A program made the position numbers and the translations under genes. The notes under the pieces are model-generated. The model saw only the letters and a list, made by a program, of their open reading frames with translations, did not search any database and was not told the origin of the DNA. A stretch of 64,000 nucleotides of DNA, taken from assembly GCA_965153455.1 (NCBI GenBank), contig OZ234494.1:9114001-9178000 (forward strand). Direction: 5' to 3'. Of this stretch, positions 1-12,600 are shown piece by piece. Each line of letters starts with the position of its first letter. The stretch's first letter is position 1. This DNA comes from Sphagnum compactum (Eukaryota).

Positions 1-58
1 CCACAAGAATCCTTGTTTTCTTTTTCAGACCTGCAGCCTTCGTTTTTTCACTTTGCAG

Positions 59-1296
59 AGCATCCGAGCGGCGCGGTTGTCAGCACAGAGGGAGAACTTG
101 ATGTTCAAGAACATGATGAAAACGAGGAAGATGAGAACGGAGAGCTTGGAGAAGATGAAGAAGACGAAGCAGAAGACGATGAGGTGGAGGATGACGACGA
201 CGAAGATGACGCTGGGAAAGACGAGGTATAATAAGAGACACACCACCCTTCTTCTTTTATGGCCTACCTCCTTCGCTTGTGGGTTTTATATATGGGTTCT
301 GTTCTCAAGGACATATGCAGACTGTGAATACCTTGTTGGAGAGACGCTCTTTTTTCCCTGAACTTCACATGAACAACAACCTGGTGCTCTGTTCAGCTTG
401 TGCAGCAGATGTACTGACTTTTGTTGCTGATAGAGTTTCCTCCTGATTGTGGTGTTCAATCCATTTTGCTGTCTACTTCCTTTGCCTGGTAGTTCAACAG
501 GAGAGAGATGTAAGAGGTCTAGAAGGGTTGTGGGAAGGGAAGTCTTGAGGAGGAGAGTAGTAGCAGGGTTTCATGTAGAGACCATATAAATTACATGCCA
601 GATGGGGTTTCCAAGGGCTTCCAGCTGTGGCAGCTTGCTACTGTTGTTGTGCTCACTTCCATACCACTAGTGTAAGAGTTTGTGGGAAGTAACAAGAAGG
701 CATGTAAAGAAAGTCTTCCCTTTTTGATCCTGCAATCCTGCTTCTAATCTGAAGTTTTGAAGCATGGGTGGTGACTGCTGTTGCCTGAACTCCTGGGGTT
801 GTTGGTTTACAAAACGCTGGCACGGTCTCGCTGATATTTCATGTTATAATACCCAAAGTTACATTGGGAGGGTGCATGCAGATTTTTGCAGATTGGTCTA
901 TCTGATGACTGTCACAACTCCAGACTTTTCCACATCTCAGTCCTGTTAGATGCTGTGTTTGAGGCAGAGTTTTAGCTAGTTGGTAGTGGCTCCTTTGTGT
1001 GTGTGTGACATGCGGTTGTCAAATCTGACCTATACCCCTGCCTGTCTCTGTGTGTGTTGCAGGAGGATGAAGAGGACTATGGCACAGAGTATCTGGTGCA
1101 ACCTGTGCAGCCAGAAGATGATGAAGGAGCCAGTGACTTTGAACCAGGTGAAGGTGACAATGAGGATGATGAGGATGAGTTTGAAGATGAAGAGGAGGAT
1201 GTTGTTGAGGAGGCTGTTAAAGAACCCATGTTGGTCAAGGGGAAACGGAGTAGAGAGGAGGATGAGGAAAAAGAGGGACGGCCACTGAAACGGTAA
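59..1296 (+). CDS. 3' exons of an acidic leucine-rich nuclear phosphoprotein 32 (ANP32)-related protein; gene begins left of the window
   Basis: Exon 59-225 (tttgcag|...GACGAG|gtataa) and exon 1063-1296 (gttgcag|GAG GAT) join in frame. D/E-rich tail carries GTEYLVQPV..EDDEGASDFEP, the motif I recall from plant ANP32-related proteins, and a basic NLS-like end (KGKRSR...RPLKR). The LRR domain is not in the window. Confidence 0.7.
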
Positions 1297-1320
1297 GTGA
1301 CTGATTGTTGAAAAGAGATA

Positions 1321-1322
<2 letters not shown>

Positions 1323-1362
<40 letters not shown>
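1323..1362. repeat. (GA)n microsatellite
   Basis: About 20 perfect GA units just after the ANP32-like stop. Confidence 0.95.
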
Positions 1363-1363
<1 letters not shown>

Positions 1364-3949
1364 ATTGCTTTATTTGAGTCTTGCAGTTTTTATTCTGCAC
1401 TGGGGCTTGGGGGGGAGGAGCCATGCAGCGATGTGTTTTGTTATAGCTCTGGATAAGAGTGTTTGAAGAAATACTAAGAGCTACACAGAGCTGATAGTTG
1501 TGGATCACAGTTGTGCCACATGAACAGGGTCTGAAGACTTTTTACTCCCAAGTCTCCATTGTCATCAAAAACTGCAGTTTGTAAAGTTTGCTGAAGCTTT
1601 TTTGTTTTTCCTTTCTGGTTTTTGGGTGTGGTGACTTGTTGAGTGTGGCTGTTGGGTTGTTGTGTGTGTGCATATTTCCATATCGTAGAACTCCCCCTCT
1701 TCTGCTGTTCTTGTAACGGTATGTAACTTGTGCAAATCAAGGATAGTTGCTGTTTTTGACAACACACAAAAACTTGAAGTTTGCGATGGACAACAAGATG
1801 AAAGCATCCAGTCTGGGAAGCAGACATTGGAACTGGACTCCAGTGGTGCAAGTGACAAGAAGAGCACTCTGGCAGCTTGGATTCTTCAACAACTTGCAAC
1901 AGCTACTCTGAAGCAAACATTTTTCAACTTCCTTCGAAGCAACAAGAAGGAACAATACTGCATGCATTTCTGCACATCAAAACAGACCGCGGAGTCTTCC
2001 ATTAGGACAGAGTGAACCAACAGCCACACAAGCAGAATGAGGGATGGATGAGGGATAGATGGTAGTAGGTTCAGTTCAAGTTCACTAGCTAACCACAGTG
2101 GTTAGCTCAGTTTTTTGGGTTCTTTACTACCTACCTATGTAGTAACACCACAACCACTAGCCCTCATCTATAGACTAGGTAACCAGTGAGAGGACACTGG
2201 TTACCAGACATACCCTTTCTGTTCAGAGGTTTGAAAGCGACCTCATAACCCTCATGTGGGTGGATGAAAAGTTTTGTAACCTTCTTGTAGATGGATGAGA
2301 AAACACATAACCCTGATGGCTGTAGGATTGCTTTGGCCGCATCTACATAGTATATTTGTATATACCAATGTTGGTGGGTCCAAGGCATTGGGTATTTTTT
2401 TCAAAACCCTGTAGACAGCCAGCCCCTTGTTTGTCCAGCATCATCATGCCATACATGTTTTGCTTGCATCATCATCATCATCATCATCAAAGTAATTTTA
2501 TTTTTTCCCTGTACTAGTGTTGGCCATAATATTTTGCCTCTCCTTTCTTACCTACCTTCTTGATTGGTTCCTACCCTCCCCTTTGATTTAGGCTGTCAAG
2601 GGAAACACCTGGTTGGTCACCTACACTCTTTTGAAAAATGAACTTTGGTGTTGTTTTTTTCTCCCTCTCTTTTATCTCATGTTAGGTCTTTCTTGCAAGA
2701 CCTCACATTTCTGAAGGGGTTTATTTGTCGTTGGAACTTAGTATAGTGTGAATATGTGTGCATGTTTTGATGTGTGTGACTTCGTTAGTTTTGATAGCGG
2801 TGGGTATCAATTTAGTAATGCACAACACACAACATTAAGCTAATTGAATCTACATATTGATGTTTAATAACATCATGTGTGATACAATGGTGTGTCCATT
2901 AAATGTGTGTTGTCCATTTTTGTAATCTAAAGAGTGTTAATGTTCATGACTTTATAAGTATTACAACCTAAAATTGACATTTGCCATGTCTACTTGCTAT
3001 GAAAAACCTTAATAATAATACTAAATCCTTTACAAGTTGTAATCCTACCGTTGGGTTGTTGTGCCACCTTCATTATTGTAGGCAACTCAAAATAACCATA
3101 CAACAAGGTTATTCTCCCAATAGAAAAAGCTATGGGTATTGTTTATCTTGTTATATATATATATATCCTTCAAAGATAGTGGAGGGATGTTTTGAAAATG
3201 TGTAAATAATTAGGATTGTGCATTATTTCCTCACTTAAGGTCAATTTTCCATAAGCATAACTTGTTATTTCCATATTGATCTATTATTTGCATAATGCAC
3301 TATGTTTTTTACTTGTCATAACATGTTTAAATCTAATTTCGTTTCATAGTTTATTATTAGATGATGTCACTATAATTGAAGTTAAATTATGTATTTTTGA
3401 AGGAAATTACTTAAGTGTAATTAAAATTGACGATGATACTTACAACTTTAATTCATAATTATCATTGTCAGCATCATTATGAATGAAGTTTATTCACTAT
3501 TCAACATAATGTAATTAAAAAGATGCCCAAGAAATTTTTTAGAGATATTTTTCATATGAAAGCTTCTTTGAGCTAGGTTTTCAAACATATATAAATAAAG
3601 ATAATTCTCCTCATTATTTTGAATTTATTCATCACCAATCTAAAATATGATGCTGCACCATAACTTTCTTTGTTCTTTTCATGTTTTTATACTTTATCAT
3701 AATAAAATTTTGTTTAAGCTTATGTCTTACACATACATCTTATGTTTTTGTCTTTGATTTTCATATTTTATATTTAAACTTTATTAGACTTGATTTTGTC
3801 ATAATTTTTCCTAAATGTTCATGTCCTTTGGAAATTCCCTGGTCTTGTAGTTTTTTTCTCATGATAGGTGGCAACTATTAGGGTTAGGCAATGACTAGGG
3901 TAGGTGGGGATTACATGAGGGCTAGTTAGCGATTACTCTCTATTCTAGG

Positions 3950-5897
3950 ATTTCATTGGTCACTCCCACTTGTCCCACTAGTAGTTGCACATCTTTCAAA
4001 ACATGTGGTGCAACACATTGATTAATTGAGTATCAAATCCATCAATTGATCAATGAACCCATGTCCTTGGTTTTCATTTGTTTGATCATTTGGTGATGCA
4101 CATGGACAGGCCTCTTGAGCCAAATACCAAGATTTTGAGTTATGTCCTTGTTCTAGACTCTAATGATGTTGGCAAAAAATGCAATCTAGTTCCTAGAGTC
4201 TAATGATGTTTCTATGTTCGTAAGGAGTTTGTATATGCCCTATTCTTTGACACTTTAATATCCTTATTCCAACCTATAATCAACATTAGTATGGAAGGTA
4301 TCTATTCCCCTTTGGACTCCTTGAGATGTTGAAAACAATTTTATATTGAGCATGGGGACATGAATGATGTTCTTGAGAACACCTACCTTCTCCTTGCTAT
4401 CAATTTATGTTTTGAAAATTGTTGCATATGCCTTGGGCATACAATATCACTCCTTTGATCCCTTCAACTATTTGCTTCTCTTCAAATATGTCTTGATAAG
4501 TTGAAAACCAATATCTATGTTAACTCACATGTTGTGAGTGGCATTTGTCAATCTACCAATTGTTTGAGCAAAGGTTGAGGGTTGAAGCCATGAAAGCTTA
4601 TGAGTCTTTCCCGTACTTCTAGACTTGTTATTTTCTTTTTCTTAGGCATCTTCTTCTCCTTAGGGCACTTTCATGTCCGATAGCTTATCTTTTCCACAAT
4701 TCAAACAAGTGGTGGCTTTCTTTCATTCAACTATCTCCTTGCATTGTTCATGTTGCTCTTTGGTAAGAAATGATTCTTTAGATAACGAACCTCTCTTGGA
4801 TTTGAATGTGGTGGCATACATTATGGCTCCTCAACCCTTGTTATTTACTTGATTCTTAAAATCCTTCATCTTGCTTTCTTTTGTGATCAACCTCCCCATC
4901 ATGGTGCGCATGGTTCGCTCAACACTAGGAGCGTTCTCCTAGTACAATTGAAATGGCCTATAACATGCTAGCAATTGACTCAAAACGTTGACCATGACAA
5001 TGTTACAATGAAAGTATTGTTGTCAAGATTGGTTAGCTCACTTCTAGCTTCCTTGATCTTTCCCATGGAATCAACAATGCTTTCACCGTCCACGATGATG
5101 TCAAAGAAACACTACTAAATGTGATGTATGCTCTCATGTGATTGCTGTTCGTTGTGATATATGCTCTCATGCAGTAGCTGATCATGTACTTCTTTTAGCT
5201 TGTCACAAATCACCTTCGAGGTCTTATGACTCATGATATATTTTTAAATCTTCTCTTCAACAGCTTGACACAAAGATGAACTGCTTGACTTTCCTTCTTG
5301 ACCCATGCAACAAGACCTATTGCATCTAATGACAGAGGCTTTGGAGTTGTGCCATCTACCATGTCCATCAGCTCATTTCCAAGAAATACAGCTCTCATGC
5401 AATTCCCACATGTGAAAATTCTACCCTGAGAATCTCCTGATATTGCCTGAAGCATCTTCAGTTAACACCACTTTGCTAAGCATGATTACTAAGCACACAA
5501 AAAAGTTGACCCAGGTACAACTTCTTGACTTCTCACAAGTATGAGGACTTGACTCACACAATTACTTTAGGCACAATACCTTGAAACAATAGAATTGAAA
5601 AAAAGAGAACTGCAACACAACTAGATAGGCACGCTTTGCATGGAACAGATCCGTGGGTCCATAACCTATAATTATACAAGAAAACAACCTATAAGCAATT
5701 TACTGACACACAAACCCTGGAACTCAACTCAGAAACAGTGAAATCAATCACACAACACCTTGTACATGAGGATACAATGGCAAGGAATGTATTAGCCACA
5801 GATCACAGAGTTATACATAGCATAGAGCCCTTATAATCACACATAAACACAGTGCTTCAAAGTCTAACCCCTGCATTATACACCCACAACCTTAACA
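3950..5897 (-). mobile_element. Decayed Ty1/copia LTR retrotransposon 5' part (LTR, PBS, gag remnant)
   Basis: Minus strand: candidate LTR starting TGTTAAGG at 5897 with TATAAG near 5830; PBS-like GGTTATGGACCCAC at 5666-5653; gag-like MRAVFLGNELMDMVDGTTPKP..AWVKKESQA (5231-5455); zinc-knuckle remnant TCLNCGK near 4700; many stops and frameshifts. Confidence 0.75.
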
Positions 5898-6614
5898 CTC
5901 CAAGAACTTCCATATGCATGTACAACACATACAAGAGAGAGGGCTTCCCAGGAGTATCAAGAAGCATTGTACTCCTCTGTAGGAGTAATGGTTACCAGCT
6001 ACAGTGACCAACCTCAAACTGTGCTCTTACTATAGTGAATTCCCCCAATAGGGATACTCTTAGAGATGGTGTGCAACTTGCTAAATTTAGATGTATTGAG
6101 TGATTCAAGAAAATGGGTAGTCTTCTTTCTGTGATGTTAGTTAATGAAGTCATTTCCATCCTCATCATTGCCTGCTGGTCATGCAACATTTTGACAATTC
6201 TTAGTTTTGAGAGGTAACTGGGTAATTTTCTACACAGTGGAATTTGACTCAGATAGTGTGAGCACCCTTGAAAGCAAACAGTTAGTTTCGCTGCTATGTG
6301 CAAACTCAGCAACTGCAGAATACATGTGCCTCTAGAGGTTAGTTAGACTGGAAACTAATCTAACAAAATCAGCCTGAAAAGTGCCTGGTGTACACACCCT
6401 AGCACACATTCAAAAGAGTTATATTGTGCAAAATCTGGCACATTCCAGCTTTGCCACTGGCCTGTGTCATACCACTGACAAATAGTTGCACTGGAGCTCA
6501 CATGTGCATCCACCCAAATTCCTTGGTAATGATCCAGAACAAGAAGAGTTCACTTCATAAAATCTCTTCAGAATTTGATGACCTACAATTTGTGGCTGGC
6601 ACAAACTGCAGTTC

Positions 6615-9600
6615 CTACGCCTGATCCTCAGTGACAGAAAGTGTCAACTTGATATTCATTGCTGCCAGCTCTGCAGCAAGGTACCTGAATACATAAGGCA
6701 TAGCAACGCGTTCAATCCCCCGACTGGTGTTACATACGCGACAGAATGCCTTTTTGTTTCTTCCACCTGCAGATGGCAGACCCATCATCCCAAACCCAAG
6801 ACTGCCTTTGCTTTGTGCTTGAGGCAGCGGAGACAGGAGGCTGCCACACAGTGAACACACATCTGCTGTGTGGTAATCAGAGCAGGCATGCAGGCGGTCA
6901 TGAAGCAGGAATGCAGCACCATGAGCCAGTAATGAATCACGCTCCATTTCTCCAAATCGAATTCCTCCCCCAATCTTGCGTCCCTTCACTGGCTGTCTTG
7001 TTACTGGATTTACTGCGCCCATCGATCGCACCTGTTACAAAGCACACTGTGTTTTATGCAGTTGTTTCTCCTTCTATCATGTGTTGGTATGATGATGATG
7101 CACCTGAACATGTCTTTACTGTCACAGAAATTGATGCCAGAATCTTTGAGTTTTCACCTGCTTACCAGAACATTTTGTGAGTGCATCAAGACCAAGAAAA
7201 TTGACTCAGATTGAGATGCAAGACTTTACCTGATACTTATCGGACACCATGTGCCGCAATCTCTGGTAGTAGACAACACCCATGTAGATTTCACAGGTTA
7301 GCTCTGTGCCGAGAAGACCACTGTACATGACCTCTGTTCCATGGTAGTTGAATCCATACTCGGCCAACTGCTTCCCGAACTCATCAACTGCTGAGCCATG
7401 GGTGCCTTTCTGCTTCTTGGACCCATCCTTACTTTCATCTTGCTGTGGAGTGCACTTCTTGAAAGGAGTTGCATCAATGAATTGGCCACTCATAGTGCCC
7501 GCCTATGTTTTGCATCAGGGGCACAGAACCATAATAAGCCATGCTGTTTGTGTGGGTGAAGACTACTACTCAGCATTCACCAAGTCTCACCTGTGATCAC
7601 AACTTGCAGACCACTGAGCTTGTGACTAAAAACAATACAATCAAACAAATGGCGCAAATGTGAAAGAAGGCAGTGTACCTTGGCAGCCATAGACTCCAAA
7701 AGCATGCCAATGGTCATACGAGAGGGAAATGCATGTGGATTGATAATGATGTCAGGGCGCATTCCTGTTACTGCAGAAAACGGCATATCAATGTCTGGCC
7801 ACAGCTGAGATAGCACTCCTTTCTGTCCATGCCGGCTGCTGAACTTGTCTCCAATCTGTGGATTCCGACCATGTCGTGTTCGTATGATCACCTGAGACAT
7901 GGAAACTGTATGGATCAGAAAATTATATTATTAACTCGAAAGGCTAGAAGTAACTAAAAGGAAGAGGCTCAGAGTTCAAATCCAAATCCCCTTTGAAACT
8001 GATATAATCAATCCTCCCTCAAGCCATTATTGGCTTCAAGATCTGACAATTTCACAGTCAACAATATCTTGGGAAGTACAGATCTGGGAAAACTTGTAGG
8101 CACGTGTAAGCAACTTATCTCTGGAAAGAAGTGTTTTTATTTTTTCATTTTTTCGACATTGAAATTTGGGTGAGAATTTACAATATATTAGCAAAATTAG
8201 TTGAATTTACACTAGAAAACAAAAGTTTCCAATTTTTTTCCCAATTTCTTTGTTGAAAAATGGCGAAATTTTGCTGGAAAAAAACACTGCTGGAAGGAGA
8301 TCTGTTGGGCTACAAAGTAAAAGTTTTTTGCCTTTTGAGGAGGATGCAAAAGAGTGACAAAAAGAGTACCTTCTGAAGAGGATCCTTAGCACCTGTGCTT
8401 ATGGCTGCAACATAATCCACCACTGCTGCCTCTGATCCCTTCAATTTCGACACTTTTGATTGTCCTGTCATTGTATTCAGCACACTGCAATATGGACTTC
8501 CCTCGACCAATGCCTGTATATGCAGCAGCATCATTACAAAGACCATAAGTCCATTAGGTTTCTGAGCCAGGACCTTGCCTGCAGATCACTGGAAGATTCA
8601 ACAGACGAAAGTAGATATGGCCCTTATGGTTATTGGGTGGTGCATGGAACATGTACCAAATCACCAATGAGACATCAAAAGACCTTGTAACTGCACACTT
8701 GTAAGTCCCACTTTTGCAAGCCTTGTGGCAGAGTCTTAAAGCACTAGCTTTACCAAGGTTTATGAAAGAATATGATGATGCTTGCACATGAAGGGAATTG
8801 GGAAATCCTCACGCAAACACACTTCTCAAGGGCATCATACCTGGCCTATATGTGGAAGCCCATCGGAATCAATAAATTTGGCATCTTTTTCTGCAGTCTC
8901 CTTGAACCTGCTAGATGCAGCAGGTCGTCCAAAGACATTCACAATGCCGTCTCCCTTCTGCCGTAGGTGGGTCAAGTCGATTGTCTCTGACTGCAATCAA
9001 GAAACAAAAAATTCTCTGTGTATGTCACTATTTGGATAATGCAAAAGATAATGAGGGGGATTTGAAAGAGACAAGAATAATAAACAAGCACCCCCCTTGA
9101 TCAGAAAGACTCTGGCTTATGGCAAACCTTTCCTCACAGGGGAGAGAATCAATGTAGGCAACTAATCTACAGGTCCAAAAAAGGCCACACCTTGTACACT
9201 TGCCCATGGCACAACCCACGCTCCATTGACGATTTGTTCATAATCATGGCATCCTCCATATCGTACCTGTGCAAACAAACCCAACAGATACATGCATGAT
9301 GCTGACCTGTTCCCTTTTTCTGCAGTGCTGAGAGAAGACTGCACTAAGAGAGAAGAGGCACTCTTCCCAAGTGTCAAGGAGAATTGTATAGTTAAGGAGA
9401 CAGGTGGAGCAGAGACCACAAGCGCCAGACTGAGAAACACTGGAAGGCTGGGACAACCCAATTGTACTGAGATAGGTAACAACTGGGTCTGAGTATCCAT
9501 GAAGCAAGTGTTTGCCCCTGTTGCCTAAACCCTAAACCCCTGATTCCTGAACCCACTGCTCTTCTTTCAGACTCCCATTTGGTGTATCCGAACTAGGCTC

Positions 9601-12600
9601 TGGTCATATGAGTGCCTGACTGACTACAGTGATCAAAGTCTGATTTATCTTTGGCCTCTATCTTGCTCAGTCAGCTGATGTTATAGTGTCTCCACCGAAC
9701 AGATTCACAAATGGTGAGGGAAAACTTCCATCAATGCCAACAATGAAAGGTGTAATGTAAAACCACCACGACAACAGCTATCTCTATCAATCTGTCTTCA
9801 CATCAAAAGGCTTACCCAGTATATGCAAGCACAGCGACAATAGCATTAGTACCCGTTGGAAACTGATCCATGTGAAATTTGTTCCAAGCCACTGTTTGTG
9901 CGACTGGCTTTTGTGGTGTCTGCAACCAAGTGTACAAAGGCCCACATTTTGCTCATGTAGATCGTAAGGGTACTGAACACAAGTTGAAATCAAGGAAAGA
10001 GTGTGTTGCAATTGTTGTTGTGGGTCTCTAGACAAGCCTTTCAAACGGCAGATTAGAAAAAGTTGCAAAAAGTCCATCTTCTAACAGAATATGCTGGAAG
10101 ATCATAATACAGCATACATGCCCACTTTGGGACTAGATAACCAATCCTGCTCCCCAGTCAGATGCATACCTGAATGCGGTACATTTTGTTATCTGAACGA
10201 TGTGCCAGAGCTTGAGCTGGAAATCCCATTGTTTGCTTTCCCATCTGTAGTAGCTTGGGAACAGCCGAAAAAGAAAAAGAGTGTTAAAAATCTGTGGCCC
10301 AAAACCCAAAATAAAGAGAAAAAAAAGCATGCTGTGAAGGATGTGCAGGAGGAGTTTGTTGGCAGAATGCTGGAAAAGTGAAAGGCTTGACCTGACACTG
10401 GTACATGTTGCGTGGACTTTGATTATGGTCAGACCAAGGTGTGAGGCTGGCAACAACACTCAGCATGGCAGTGGCATGTGTTTCTTCATGCGTGGCTTGG
10501 GAACCTGCATTATCTCTTCCACCAGCTCCACCATCTGGGCATCTAATCTCCATGTATGCCTGCATACATGCGCCAACAACATATGTGAGTGCCGCTCCCT
10601 CGCGCACCAAGACCATAACTTTCTGTTGCTACATACAAACATATACAACTTGGCATGCGAACAAAGTCTGTCTTCACACCCAAAGCAGGCAGTTCTCCCT
10701 GGATGATTCAGGAGACACATCAAAATACAGTTTGGACATGTCCTGCTTGTTTGTAGGTTTACAACAAGGTTTGAATGGAAACTTGTACAACCTGCTCCAG
10801 TGGCCCGATGAGTTCCACTGCACCCTCATCCTGTAGCTGCTTTACAGGTCTCAGCAGACGTGATGGCGTGGTTGAGAGAAAAAGCCCTGGATACATCCCT
10901 GCTGATGTGCATGGGACATATGCTACTTCCAAGTCAGCCGGAACCTGCAAAAAAACACACGATGGACTTAAACCCTAAACCCATACTCCAGAATCTGCAA
11001 AACATGATCAAAGACAAAGGCAACCAAGCATAAATGATCCACAAAGCTAAGATAAAGAGCCTTTGTGCACCAGGGACTCCAAAAGTATACAGAACTGTCT
11101 CACCTCAGGTACTTTAGCAACTTTGAGATGCCGAATATGAGCTACCGCAGCAGGGATTGCGGAAGTCTCCATGTAGCCTACCACTCGGCCATCCAAGAGC
11201 ACTGTCAAATGAGTAGGGGGGGCCACTCGTGCCAAAGCTGGAATAGCTGGAATCATACCTAGCTGTACCAAAACTGTGGTAATTGCCTTTCGTGTCCACA
11301 GAGGATCTTTGACAACTCCTCGTTCATCTAAGTCTGTTGAAATCTCTGTGAAAACAAAAACAAAAAACAAAATACCCACACAATCAAACACAAAAAGAAC
11401 AAAAGCCATGTTTATGAGAAATTGCAGAGAAATCTCTACAACCCACACTCACTTTGAAGGTAACATGACAATTGAGAGCTGTCACATACGTAAAATCCTA
11501 TGAGATTAACTCATGAACCACCAGACTATCATCACCCTCATAAAAAATAGCAGTGACGACAAGGCTGCAATGACTACCCACTGTCTTCTGGAGCTGATGG
11601 AGCTTCATCCGTTCCTGACAGTAGGTGTAGAGATAAGTACACACCATACGCAGCACTTTATCACAACAAAACTCTAGTCTTGTTCTTCAGACATAAAACC
11701 ATGAGAATGAAAGCAAGCCCAAGACACAACTGCAACTGGCAGCATGTTGTTGCAGAGGATATAATAGACCCAAAACATGTGATGGAAAAAAACATTACAT
11801 CAGACAGTCAAGGGTTGCTTGTGGCTTCAGAAAAAGTGGGAAGGGAAGAGGAAGAGTTGCTTACGGCATACAGCAGTAAGATGGTTGAGCAGACCACAAG
11901 GTGTGCCATCAGGTGTATGAACAGGACAGAGGAAACCCCATGATCTGTATTCCATTGTGAATGATCCATTTATCTCAGATATGGAGCTCCAAAACACAGA
12001 GCAAATATGGTGAAGAAACTAGACAGCAATGATGCTGCCTTTCTTCTTCCAATAGTAGGTAGTAGTAATAGTCACAATATTATCACATTACCATCATCAT
12101 CATGAGTGCAAAAAGAAGGTGATGATCAAGGAGTGTGGAGACAGGAAAGGGGCAAATGTTTTTTTTACTCAGGGAGCAGTTTGCGGACTGTTGTGGTTCG
12201 TAGCGTTGCAAAAAAGGCACCTCTATGAACTGAGCGGAAATGTGAAATGTAACGCAAAAAGTTCAGCTTTTCTGCAACCAAAGTAAAGCCACCAGCCTGT
12301 GTTCCAGAAAAATGTCAACCAACAGATAACTTTAGGATCTATCTGTTGCCTTTTGATCAAATAGGTGTGAGGGAGATGGAACAAAAAGAGTGTGCCTAAT
12401 TCTTCACAGAACCAGCCAGACCCAGTATGTCAACCTGGAAAAACAGTTTAGGGTTTGGGGGTTAGGTTAAATCCTAAACCATTAAAAAAAAAAGTTATTA
12501 CTAAAACCCAAACTAGCAAGAAGCTTGAAGCTTTATTCAATAAAAAAACAAGCCTGCAATGGCACTGCAAGGTTTGAAAAGGCGAGAACTGCAAACTGCA

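Noticed and set aside
1474-2015. Several 76-141-aa ORFs downstream of the ANP32-like gene
   Set aside because: They overlap on both strands, with no recognisable domain or consistent splice chain.
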